DNA of 29,557 bases from a virus (lineage: Duplodnaviria; Caudoviricetes). The position numbers and the translations under genes were made by a program. The notes beneath the pieces were generated by a model that saw only the letters and a program-made list of their open reading frames with translations, did not search any database and was not told the origin of the DNA. Location: positions 1 to 29,557 of the IMG/VR virus record IMGVR_UViG_3300012894_000017; one strand, given 5' to 3'. Below, piece by piece: positions 1 to 8,043 of the stretch (its first letter is position 1; each line of letters begins with the position of its first letter).

Positions 1-3
1 CGG

Positions 4-1083
4 TTACTGCGCGATGAGGTTCTGCCCGATCACGTTGGTGAGGAACATGCCCAGGTCCGGGGCCGTGACCTTCATGTCGTAGGCGGTGTGGATCTGAATC
101 CAGTCGGCCGGCGCGCGGTCGTCGTAGCCGCGCCGGATGATGGCCAGGCCGCTGGTGTTCTGGGCATCCTCGCGGGGGCCCTTCATGGCATTGGTGAGGC
201 CACGCCAGTTGAAGATGTACCCGGCCGAGGGGATGTCCTTGCTGGGCCGGGGGGCCACGAAGCCGAGCCACACCGAGTTGGCGTCGACGATGAACTGGAA
301 ATCGTCGGGCAGCCCTTCTTTGGCGTTGTTGAACACGCCGCCGGCCACCATGACCCGGTCCACGTCAAAGAACTGCGCCATCAGATCGATGTCCACAATG
401 CCCTTCTGGACGTACTTGACGCGGTCCACGAAGTCTGGAGAGAAGACCAGGTAGTTGTACACATTCTCGCCGATCACCATGACATTCGGCTTGCGGCCGG
501 TCATCAGCTTCATCCGGGTGGCGCGGCTGCGGATGAACTGGGCGGGCATGGCGCCGGCCTGGTCCCACTGCAGAAAATCCGCCGCGTCCGGGGTGGTGCT
601 CGGATTGCTGGCGGTGCCGTGATACTCGAAGGCCCAGATGCCCGTCCGGAAGAAGCTCTCGGACCAGTCTTTGTCCATGCTGAGCTTGGCGTTCAGCGTC
701 AGGTAGTTCACCGCGCCCTCGAAGGGGGCCATCGGGTCGGGCGAGTTGGCGATGTCGGCCGGGTCGATCACCTTCTCCAAGGCGTAGTTCTCGCACCAGA
801 AGGAGTCGTTGTGCTGCTTGTAGGCGCCCTGCACCGGCCGGTCGCCGTAGGGCTTGAGGCGCATCTCAGGCCGCAGCAGGCTGCCGCGGTCCCAGACGCT
901 GTAGCGCCCGCCCTGCTGAGTGACCGGCAGGATCGGAAAGGTGTTGGGGGCCAGGAAATCCTGGTCGGCCTGCAGGTCGGCGATGGCGATGTTGGTGAGG
1001 AACGGATCGACGCGGCCGCCGCTGTGGCTGGCGGGGAGGGGGCCGCTGGTCTGGTTGTACTGGCTGGGGGTGGGTGCAGTCAT
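4..1083 (-). CDS. Major capsid protein
   Basis: About 360 aa; N-terminal VDPFLTNIAIA...DFLAPNTFPILPV...RYSVWDR pattern typical of phage major capsids; lies downstream of protease/scaffold and cement genes. ATG 1083 chosen because AAGGA sits 10 nt upstream (GTG 1092 is too close to it). Confidence 0.85.
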   Translation of the reverse strand: MTAPTPSQYNQTSGPLPASHSGGRVDPFLTNIAIADLQADQDFLAPNTFPILPVTQQGGRYSVWDRGSLLRPEMRLKPYGDRPVQGAYKQHNDSFWCENYALEKVIDPADIANSPDPMAPFEGAVNYLTLNAKLSMDKDWSESFFRTGIWAFEYHGTASNPSTTPDAADFLQWDQAGAMPAQFIRSRATRMKLMTGRKPNVMVIGENVYNYLVFSPDFVDRVKYVQKGIVDIDLMAQFFDVDRVMVAGGVFNNAKEGLPDDFQFIVDANSVWLGFVAPRPSKDIPSAGYIFNWRGLTNAMKGPREDAQNTSGLAIIRRGYDDRAPADWIQIHTAYDMKVTAPDLGMFLTNVIGQNLIAQ

Positions 1084-1130
1084 GTTCGGCACATCCTTTG
1101 AGGAGAGGTCGGAGGGCCAGGGAACGGGTG

Positions 1131-1158
1131 CGGGCTGCCTGAACTGTCAGGCAGCCCG
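1131..1158. other. Perfect 12-bp stem-loop upstream of the capsid gene
   Basis: CGGGCTGCCTGA-actg-TCAGGCAGCCCG; no U-tract on the sense (minus) strand, so more likely a stability or processing hairpin than a terminator. Confidence 0.6.
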
Positions 1159-1176
1159 TTCTGGTCTGTGCTGTTT

Positions 1177-1557
1177 TCAGGCGTGGCGCAGGCCGGCCAC
1201 CAGTTCGCAGGCGACGATGGAACCATTGGGGCCCGCCTCCGAGAACTTGCAGAAGTAGGCTTCGCCAGCAGCGGCCTTCACGGCCACGCCGGGCGTGGCG
1301 CCGATCTTGCCGAAGTCGCCGCTCACCACGTCCGCGCCCACGCGGACCTTGCTGCGGCCCACGGTGTGGTAGGTGGTCGAGGTGCCGGCAGCGAAGCCGG
1401 GCAGCTCGATGATGCCGGCCACCGACTCGGTGGTGTCGGCCAGATCAATGCTCGGCACCTGGTTGCTGGTGGTGCGCTTGCAGGCCTTCCACTGGTGGGC
1501 GGTGAGGTCGCCGGCCGAGGGGCCGACGTCTTTCTGGAGGGGCTTGACGGTGGACAT
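1177..1557 (-). CDS. Capsid cement/decoration protein (DUF2190-like)
   Basis: 126 aa, Gly/Ala/Val-rich, between scaffold and major capsid; AGGAG RBS. Confidence 0.65.
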   Translation of the reverse strand: MSTVKPLQKDVGPSAGDLTAHQWKACKRTTSNQVPSIDLADTTESVAGIIELPGFAAGTSTTYHTVGRSKVRVGADVVSGDFGKIGATPGVAVKAAAGEAYFCKFSEAGPNGSIVACELVAGLRHA

Positions 1558-1649
1558 GGATGCTCCTTGGGCGTCTCGCGGGCGCCGGGTGAGGGGCGAG
1601 AGGGCCGAGTGTCGATCAGGTGAAAGGGTGGATGGTCAGGGAGATCCGC

Positions 1650-2279
1650 TCAGTTGCGCATTGCGGCGTGGTAGCGGCGGGCGAAGGCCGGATCGGCGGC
1701 CATCACCTGCTTCTGAGCGTCGGTCAGGGTGAGGCGGGTGTCGGCGGCCATCAGGGCGCGGGCGCGGGTGTTGAGCTCGGCGTAGGTGTCGCCGCTCGCC
1801 TGGGCGGTGGCGCTGCCACGCTCCTGCATGAAGCCTTCACGGGCCTGGGCGCCGACGTTTAGCGCCTGCTCGTAGGCCTCGTACTCGTCTTTGGTCAGCT
1901 TGTCATGGGCTGCCCGGAGGGTGGCTGCGAAGGCGACGGGCTGGCCCAGCGCCACAGCGCGGGCCTCGAAGTGGCCGGTCAGGCGGATGTCGCGCTCGGC
2001 CGAGGCGCTCGCCTCTGCGTTCGTCGCGCGCTGCTCAGTGGCCGTTAGACGGCTGTTCAGGCCCTCGAACGCGGCAATGGCCTCGGGCGGCCAGCCGTTG
2101 GTGTTGGGGGCAGCAGCAGCAGGCTGAGCGGCGGCCTGGGTCGAGGCAGCGGGCGTGACCGGGGTGGCCGCAGCGGCAGGCTGCTCGCCGCCGCTCAGGT
2201 GGGTGGCGAGGAAGGTGCTCTCCTCGGCGGTCAGGGCCTCGCCCTTCTGGAGCTTTGCGGTGATGGTCTGGATGTTCAT
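1650..2279 (-). CDS. Nested scaffold protein (lambda Nu3-like internal start)
   Basis: In-frame ATG 2279 (MNIQTITAKL) preceded by CAGGAGG, right after the acidic linker. Confidence 0.7.
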   Translation of the reverse strand: MNIQTITAKLQKGEALTAEESTFLATHLSGGEQPAAAATPVTPAASTQAAAQPAAAAPNTNGWPPEAIAAFEGLNSRLTATEQRATNAEASASAERDIRLTGHFEARAVALGQPVAFAATLRAAHDKLTKDEYEAYEQALNVGAQAREGFMQERGSATAQASGDTYAELNTRARALMAADTRLTLTDAQKQVMAADPAFARRYHAAMRN

Positions 2280-3281
2280 GGTCGGTGCCTCCTGGGCTGA
2301 GTGGGGGGAAGGGCCAGCGGTCGGCGTGGAAACGCCCGAGGCATCTGCTCGGGCGTCGGTGTCGTCTTGCTCGTCGTCTTCGGGATTGTCGTCCGGACCG
2401 GTGGTGCTCGGCGGGGGTGCGGCGTTGCCGGTCAGCTCGGCCAGCACCGTGCTCAGGCTCGCCACCCGGTCCACCAGACCCACCGCCACCGCTTCCTGTC
2501 CTACCCAGACTTGCCCGGTGGCCCATTTACTGGCCACCGTCTCGGCGGGCTTCTTGCGCCCGATGGCGACGGCCGCCACGAACTGCGCGTGGATGCTGTC
2601 CACCAGGGCCTGACGCTCGGCCAGAGCGGTCTCGGTCAGCGCCTCGGTCGCTTGGCCTAGGGCTTTCTTGACGGCGCTGCGGATGTACGTGACGACCACC
2701 CCAAGGCTCTTGTAATAGCCGCTGATGTCGGTGTGGCTGGTGATCACGCCGATGCTGCCCACCATGGCGGTGGGCGTGACGATGATCTGGCTGGCCTGCG
2801 AGCAGATCCAGAGTGCGGCGCTGCACATCAAGTCGGACGCGACGGCCACGACCTGCTTGCGGGCCCTGGCGTAGGCGACTGCCTCAGCAGCCTCCACAGT
2901 GCCCGACACGGTGCCGCCCGGCGAGTCGCAGGCGATCACGATGGTGGTGATGCTGGCGTCGTCGGCCGCCGCGATCACGTTGCGGGCGAAGGCCTGGGGG
3001 CTGACGTAGCCGTAGGACTCGGCCCACTCCGGGGCGCGGGAGATGATCGAGCCCTGCAGGGTGATGACGGCCACCCGCTGGCCCAGGGCGTCAACTCTGG
3101 GCAGGAAGGTGGTGGAGGCGTGCAGGTCACCGGGCTTGCTGGCGTCCGGTGTGGGTGTCTGACCAGCCTCCAGGGTCTGGCGCAGGCCGTCGAGCGCGTC
3201 GGGCGTGATGCCCCAGGCGTCGTGGGTCAGGGCGTGGGCGAGGAAGTTCAGGCTTGCGGTGGGCGAACGGGTGGGCATCAT
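1650..3281 (-). CDS. S49-family (SppA/lambda gpC-like) prohead protease fused to scaffold
   Basis: Motifs CDSPGGTVSG, MCSAALWICSQA, VGSIGV; acidic linker then Ala-rich helical C-terminus; AAGGAG RBS. Confidence 0.9.
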   Translation of the reverse strand: MMPTRSPTASLNFLAHALTHDAWGITPDALDGLRQTLEAGQTPTPDASKPGDLHASTTFLPRVDALGQRVAVITLQGSIISRAPEWAESYGYVSPQAFARNVIAAADDASITTIVIACDSPGGTVSGTVEAAEAVAYARARKQVVAVASDLMCSAALWICSQASQIIVTPTAMVGSIGVITSHTDISGYYKSLGVVVTYIRSAVKKALGQATEALTETALAERQALVDSIHAQFVAAVAIGRKKPAETVASKWATGQVWVGQEAVAVGLVDRVASLSTVLAELTGNAAPPPSTTGPDDNPEDDEQDDTDARADASGVSTPTAGPSPHSAQEAPTMNIQTITAKLQKGEALTAEESTFLATHLSGGEQPAAAATPVTPAASTQAAAQPAAAAPNTNGWPPEAIAAFEGLNSRLTATEQRATNAEASASAERDIRLTGHFEARAVALGQPVAFAATLRAAHDKLTKDEYEAYEQALNVGAQAREGFMQERGSATAQASGDTYAELNTRARALMAADTRLTLTDAQKQVMAADPAFARRYHAAMRN

Positions 3282-3291
3282 ACGGGCTCCT

Positions 3292-3498
3292 TTACTTCCG
3301 CCGGACCTGGTGCTGCTGCCGGATGTGGCGCTCGGTGGCGAGGTCGCGCGTGGAGCTGACCTTCGGTTCCGAGGTGAAGGTCGGCAACTTGACGGGGGTC
3401 TGCCGACTGCTCACGTCGGGCACCTCGGCGACGGCGGTACCGAGGAGGGAGGTGCTGAGCGCGCCCAGGGCGATCAGGTAGGACTTCGGTCTGTGCAT
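3292..3498 (-). CDS. Small hypothetical protein with signal-peptide-like N-terminus
   Basis: 68 aa; GGAGG RBS; fills the portal-protease gap; basic start, hydrophobic stretch, AVA-E site, basic tail. Confidence 0.6.
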   Translation of the reverse strand: MHRPKSYLIALGALSTSLLGTAVAEVPDVSSRQTPVKLPTFTSEPKVSSTRDLATERHIRQQHQVRRK

Positions 3499-3507
3499 AC
3501 GAACCTC

Positions 3508-4935
3508 CTAGAACGTGTGGTCGAAGGCCAGCGCCTGGTGCTGCCCGGGCGGCTGGCCGTCCTGTTGCGTGCCGTCTCCGCTGCCGGAGCCGGTCTGCAC
3601 GGCGGGGTCTGGGTTGGCGGTCTCGGCTCTCTTGGGAACGCCGAGCTTCTCGCGCAGCTCGGTCTCCAGGTTCTCGTCGTGCGTGATGCCGCCGCTGTTC
3701 AGCAGCCCGTTCAGCGAGTTGATCAGGCCCTTTAGGGCAGCGTCAGACAGGCCGCCATGCTCCAGCGTCGGCCAGAGTTCCGGCGGCACGCCGTTGAGCT
3801 GCATCAGGCCCGCCACTGCGAAGCGGTTGAAGGTGGCGGCCACCCCGTCGAGGATGCCCGCGCCCGCCAGCTCGAACAGATCGGTCAGGTCGGTGCTGAG
3901 CGCCAGACTGCCCTTGCCGTCGATGCCCAGCATCAGGAAGCTGGCCAGCATCGTCACCGCGACGTCGCGCTTGTAGCGGGTGATGATCGGATTCACGTCA
4001 ATCGGCGAGCTGCCGGGCGCGCCCAGCAGGCTGAACTTGTAGCCGGTGTTCAGCTCGACCGGCTTGCGGCTCTCCGTCTTCGGGTCAAAGACGGTCTCGA
4101 TATAGGTGCTGCTGGGGACCACCACCACCGCCTGTTCGTCCCGACGCAACGCCTTGGCCTGCTCGACGATCAGATTCAGCGCGGCCTTCTCTTCGGCCGT
4201 TGCCTCTGCGCTGAGCATGCCGATCGGCACTTCGACCATCGGGATACCGGTCAGGTTACGTTCTACGCCGATGGCCTCGAACTCCTCCAGGCGCTTCTGG
4301 AAGTAGTAGGGCCGCCGGGCGTTCTTCAACATGCTTCGCCCTTCAGGGTGGTTGCCCGCCTCGGTGGTGCGGAAGTGCAGGGCGCGCTGGATCGGGATGA
4401 AGACCTCGCCCCGCTCGGTGCTCTGCCACATGCCCTGGATGCCACCGTCACCGTCGAATGCCCAGCGCGACAGCGTGTTCTGGGGCCGCAGGCTCATCTT
4501 CCGCCAGCCGATCAGGTTGTCCGAGTGGCGGCTGCGGTACTTGGGGTCCTGTTGGTCCGGGCCGCGCCGGTACTTATAGATCACCTCGAAGTAGCTCCAG
4601 CCGAAGGGCAGCATGGTGAGCACCTCGGCGATCAGGCCAGGGAAGGTCTGGCTCATGTCCTCACGGCACTGGTCGAGGAAGCTGGCCCAGTACTTGGCTC
4701 GGGCCTCAGTCCAGGCGCCCTTCGGCCCGTCGGGCTTCTCGGCGGGCCGGGCGGTCCAGGTGACGCGGCGGAAGAAGCTCTCCAGTGCGAAGAAGCTGCC
4801 GCCGACCACGCTGCTGTTGTCGCGCAGCTCGGTGTACTGGTCGATGGCGCTGCGTCCGAACTCGGGGTACTCGCGGTCGTACCAGGCGCCGCTGTTACCG
4901 GTGCTGCCGATGATGCTCAGATCGATCTTGGGAAT
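3508..4935 (-). CDS. Portal protein (DUF935/Mu gp29-like)
   Basis: Follows TerL; motifs LTMLPFGWSYFEVIY, NHPEGRSMLKNA, EAIGVERNLTGIP. The frame is open upstream of the track start (4809) to the TerL stop; best start is ATT 4935 behind AGGAGGT. Confidence 0.88.
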   Translation of the reverse strand: MPKIDLSIIGSTGNSGAWYDREYPEFGRSAIDQYTELRDNSSVVGGSFFALESFFRRVTWTARPAEKPDGPKGAWTEARAKYWASFLDQCREDMSQTFPGLIAEVLTMLPFGWSYFEVIYKYRRGPDQQDPKYRSRHSDNLIGWRKMSLRPQNTLSRWAFDGDGGIQGMWQSTERGEVFIPIQRALHFRTTEAGNHPEGRSMLKNARRPYYFQKRLEEFEAIGVERNLTGIPMVEVPIGMLSAEATAEEKAALNLIVEQAKALRRDEQAVVVVPSSTYIETVFDPKTESRKPVELNTGYKFSLLGAPGSSPIDVNPIITRYKRDVAVTMLASFLMLGIDGKGSLALSTDLTDLFELAGAGILDGVAATFNRFAVAGLMQLNGVPPELWPTLEHGGLSDAALKGLINSLNGLLNSGGITHDENLETELREKLGVPKRAETANPDPAVQTGSGSGDGTQQDGQPPGQHQALAFDHTF

Positions 4936-4941
4936 AGGGAT

Positions 4942-6600
4942 TCACCTCCTGGTGCGAAAACTGCTGCTCTTGCCAAGGTCCATGGCCTGGGTGGGTGCGG
5001 GAAGGGGCGGGCCGGCCTTCTTCTTCTCCTGCTCGGCCCGCCTCCGTTTGAGCCGGAAGCGCTGCAGGGCCTGGGTGGTCGGGTCGATCTGGTCATCGTT
5101 CGCGCCGTTCGGGAACTGAATCCACTCGGGCCGGTATTCGCTGTTCACCCAGGCAGTCAGCTGCGGGTGCGGCAGGTAGACGTTCCCGGCTTCGATGGTG
5201 CTGCTCTCGGCATTGACGCGACTCTCCTTGCTGCCCTCTGGCTCCCAGGCGATCAGGCCGGTCACGGTGGAGCGCAGGTCGTCCATGATGGCCGGGCCGT
5301 TCGCCTTGTCTTCGATCACGTGCTCAAGGATCTCCGGGTGCTTCTCGGCGAAGCTGACCAGCTCGGCCTTGGACTGCACGTAGCTCCAGCGGCCGCGCAC
5401 CTGGTCGAGCAGGAAGTTGTCGGCGCCCCTCGCACCCCAGTCCTGGCCGACCACGAAGTCGCTGTTCTTGTTCCCCTTGAAGGTCAGGTCCCAGCTGCTG
5501 ATGCGGAAGTCGAACTCGGTGGGCGTTGGGACGACCACGGCTTCCTGCTCTGTGACCGTGCCGTCTTCGGCCACCACCTGTACCAGGACTGGCTTGAGGT
5601 AGGGCAGCATCTCGGCCGGGGCGTGGTAGCGCCACCAGCTGTCCTTGACGATGCCACCGCCAACCGGGGAGGGTCGCTGCTGGAGCTGCCCGGCCTCGCC
5701 GAAGGAACCGAGGTCATGCGCCGCCTGGGCGTAGTCGGCTTCATCGCGGAACTCAGGGAAGAGCAGCTCGCCACGCTCGGTGCGCGGGTCGCTCCAGATG
5801 CTGGTCTCGGTGTGGTACTCCGGCTCGTACTTCTCCGGCAGGCGCAGTACCTCCCAGCCACCCTTCTGGGTCAGGTGGCCGGTGAGGTCCTCTTCGTGCA
5901 GGCGCTGCATGATGCAGATCTGCACGTACTGCTTCGGGTCGGCCCCGCGCCGGCTGAGGCTGGTGTCGTAGGCGTTGTTGATGGTGCGGCGGTGGGCGGG
6001 GCTGTGGATCTCGACGGCGTTGTTCGGGTCGTCGATCAGCAGGATGCCGGCGCGCACGCCGGTGGCTGCCGTGAGGGGCCGCACCGCGCGTCGGCCGCGG
6101 GCCAGGGTGTCGTACTCGCCCTTGGCGTTGTTGTCGCGGGTGAGCTGCACCGTGTCGCCGTAGCGCACCACGTACTCGGGGCTGAGGAGCAGGCGGCGCA
6201 TCGCCATGCTGTCGCGCAGGGCGAGGCTCTCAGTGAAGGCGACGGCGAGGAAACGCTCCGACGGGTTCAGCTCGGCCCACACCCAGGCCGGGAAGAAGAC
6301 GTTCGTCAGCGAGCTCTTCATGGTGCCGGGCGGGACGTTGATGATGAGGCGCTTGATCTGGCGGCGGGCGGCGGCCTCAAGGTGCAGGCACATGGCGTCG
6401 AGGGCCCAGCCCCAGGCCATTGGCGTGCCGGGTTCGAGCACGTCCCAGAACTCGTGCACGAACTCCTTCAGGGAGAGAGCGGGGAGTGGCGGCTCGACAT
6501 CCTCGACGAAGAGGCCCCGGTCGCGCAGCTCGCGCTCGGCCAGTTCGCTCAGGATCAGTTCGTCGCTCAGCCAGTCGGGCAGGGTGTCACGCCGTGCCAC
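4942..6600 (-). CDS. terL: Terminase large subunit
   Basis: Walker A-like LIINVPPGTMKS, Walker B ILLIDDP, IMQRLHEEDL, nuclease motifs SWDLTFK, IEDKANG and DDQID. Confidence 0.95.
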   Translation of the reverse strand: MARRDTLPDWLSDELILSELAERELRDRGLFVEDVEPPLPALSLKEFVHEFWDVLEPGTPMAWGWALDAMCLHLEAAARRQIKRLIINVPPGTMKSSLTNVFFPAWVWAELNPSERFLAVAFTESLALRDSMAMRRLLLSPEYVVRYGDTVQLTRDNNAKGEYDTLARGRRAVRPLTAATGVRAGILLIDDPNNAVEIHSPAHRRTINNAYDTSLSRRGADPKQYVQICIMQRLHEEDLTGHLTQKGGWEVLRLPEKYEPEYHTETSIWSDPRTERGELLFPEFRDEADYAQAAHDLGSFGEAGQLQQRPSPVGGGIVKDSWWRYHAPAEMLPYLKPVLVQVVAEDGTVTEQEAVVVPTPTEFDFRISSWDLTFKGNKNSDFVVGQDWGARGADNFLLDQVRGRWSYVQSKAELVSFAEKHPEILEHVIEDKANGPAIMDDLRSTVTGLIAWEPEGSKESRVNAESSTIEAGNVYLPHPQLTAWVNSEYRPEWIQFPNGANDDQIDPTTQALQRFRLKRRRAEQEKKKAGPPLPAPTQAMDLGKSSSFRTRR

Positions 6601-7144
6601 GGGCTTTGAGCCTCCCTCGCAGTTCGAGCAGCTGCTCAGGCGTCAGGTTCTTCAGGTCTGCCGGGCTGCGCAGGTCTTCGATCTTGACGGTGAACTCTTC
6701 CATGCCGCGCGCCTTGCGCTCTGCTTCCAGGCCCAGCTGCATCAGGCGGGCCACCTCGAACGCCGAGAGCGATTCAGCGCGGGTCAGCAGCGCCGCGAGT
6801 CCTTTGGCAGCGACGTCCTGGAGGTCGCGGGCGCTGTTCACGTGCCGCATCCGGACCTGCTCGACCGTTTCGAGGTCCAATTCCCGAACCTTGGTACCCA
6901 CTTGGTTCCGGAATTCGGTCCTCAGGTCGGCCCATTTTTCTGCGCCTGCACGCTTTTTAATGGCACTGAGGCTCGGGTTCCCTGATTGGGTACCAAGGTG
7001 CACGAAGGTGACCGTGTCGTTGCCTCGGACGTACTGGCGGCGGATTTCGGCCCAGTCGTACCTGGCGACGGCCCCGGTGGACTTCGGGGCGCTTCCTTGC
7101 GGCTTGGCGGCTCTGAGTTTGGCGGTCTCGGTCTTCTGGGGCAT
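6587..7144 (-). CDS. terS: Probable terminase small subunit
   Basis: Overlaps the TerL start; N-terminal YDWAEIRRQYVRG HTH-like segment; GGAGGT RBS before ATG 7144. Confidence 0.7.
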   Translation of the reverse strand: MPQKTETAKLRAAKPQGSAPKSTGAVARYDWAEIRRQYVRGNDTVTFVHLGTQSGNPSLSAIKKRAGAEKWADLRTEFRNQVGTKVRELDLETVEQVRMRHVNSARDLQDVAAKGLAALLTRAESLSAFEVARLMQLGLEAERKARGMEEFTVKIEDLRSPADLKNLTPEQLLELRGRLKARGTA

Positions 7145-7202
7145 GGCTTCACCTCCTGGGGTGGGTCGTAGGAACGTTTGAGCGGCGCGGTAATCTGGGG
7201 AA

Positions 7203-7442
7203 ATGGAGTTCAATTCTCAGCAGGTCGTCATGAGCACCCAGAAACAACTTCTTGATGTCTGGTTCGAGGTGTATCTATTGAAGGGTCATCGCGTGTCGCA
7301 GGCTGCCAGAAGATCTCACGCGCAGTGCCTTCAGTACTTACAGGAAGTAGGGGTATCCGAATCGGATATCACGACGTTTGTCGTCCCTGAAGAGGAATGG
7401 GTGCAGGCCATGCTGACGGCAAACCTGATCAAGAAGGGGTGA
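7203..7442 (+). CDS. Hypothetical protein, antisense to the late operon (moron-like)
   Basis: 79-aa ORF (alternative start 7230), lower GC, occupies otherwise empty space. Confidence 0.5.
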   Translation: MEFNSQQVVMSTQKQLLDVWFEVYLLKGHRVSQAARRSHAQCLQYLQEVGVSESDITTFVVPEEEWVQAMLTANLIKKG

Positions 7443-7455
7443 CAGTCGGCTTGGG

Positions 7456-7529
7456 TGTCTACCGGGGTGGACATCCAGCTTCGTTCTGGCTGCGTCGCGC
7501 CTTGGCATGAAAAAACCCGCCGAAGCGGG
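7456..7529. repeat. 74-bp imperfect direct repeat, copy 1 (palindrome plus terminator)
   Basis: TGTCTAC-N4-GTGGACA and AAAAAACCCGCCGAAGCGGG both recur exactly 421 bp away. Confidence 0.85.
7510..7529 (-). terminator. Intrinsic terminator (cUUCGg hairpin plus U-tract)
   Basis: Minus strand CCCGC-TTCG-GCGGG-TTTTTT, just after the 7550-7855 stop. Confidence 0.7.
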
Positions 7530-7549
7530 CAGATAGTTTGAATCGCGGA

Positions 7550-7855
7550 TCAATAGTCGTCAAGTTGGTAAGCAGTTGCGAGGATCCATGCCGCTCTTTC
7601 CATAGCTTCATCTTCCGAAAGAGTATCTGAGAATGCTCTGACCGTTCCCTCCTGACCAGTCGGTGTACCACTGCGAAGCTCAGTCGCTTGTGCTCTGAAA
7701 TCCGCCTGGAGCTGCGGCGGCAAATCTCTATCAGGGTCAACATTGTTGAGGCTGTAGATCCACGCAGCAGCTAGGCGCTCCCGAATCCTGCCAGGATTGG
7801 TCGCCAAGGTATGGACAGCCGTACTGAACTTCTCTTGACCGTAGGTGATGGACAT
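7550..7855 (-). CDS. Hypothetical helical protein in a repeat-flanked cassette (moron)
   Basis: 101 aa; GAGG RBS; flanked by the two 74-bp repeats. Confidence 0.75.
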   Translation of the reverse strand: MSITYGQEKFSTAVHTLATNPGRIRERLAAAWIYSLNNVDPDRDLPPQLQADFRAQATELRSGTPTGQEGTVRAFSDTLSEDEAMERAAWILATAYQLDDY

Positions 7856-7876
7856 ATCCTCAGCTTATCCTCCTCA

Positions 7877-7950
7877 TGTCTACACGGGTGGACACAAGGA
7901 TTCGCAACAGGTGCGGCGTGTCCGGGCACAAAAAAACCCGCCGAAGCGGG
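7877..7950. repeat. 74-bp imperfect direct repeat, copy 2
   Basis: TGTCTACACGGGTGGACA at 7877-7894; terminator 20-mer identical to copy 1. Confidence 0.85.
7930..7950 (-). terminator. Intrinsic terminator in the late leader
   Basis: Minus strand CCCGC-TTCG-GCGGG-TTTTTTT. Confidence 0.7.
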
Positions 7951-8014
7951 AAACGAGAAAATGCCCGCCGTTTCCGGGGGCACTGCTATGGGTAGAGTCT
8001 GTGACGTTAAGTTG

Positions 8015-8043
8015 ATAATGCCGAATTATGGGTGTGGCGTCAA
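8015..8043 (-). promoter_or_regulatory. Candidate late promoter (sigma70-type)
   Basis: TTGACG (8043-8038), 17-bp spacer, CATTAT (8020-8015); AT-rich; points toward the packaging genes. Confidence 0.55.

Noticed and set aside
3757-6609. 950-aa plus-strand ORF and other long antisense ORFs (88-1101, 8028-9224, 18448-20028, 20127-21203)
   Set aside because: Shadow frames of GC-rich minus-strand genes that carry clear motifs; no recognisable domains of their own
8002-8018. TGACGTTAAGTTGATAA as a Deinococcus RDRM (DdrO box)
   Set aside because: Too many mismatches and poor symmetry; better explained as AT-rich promoter sequence
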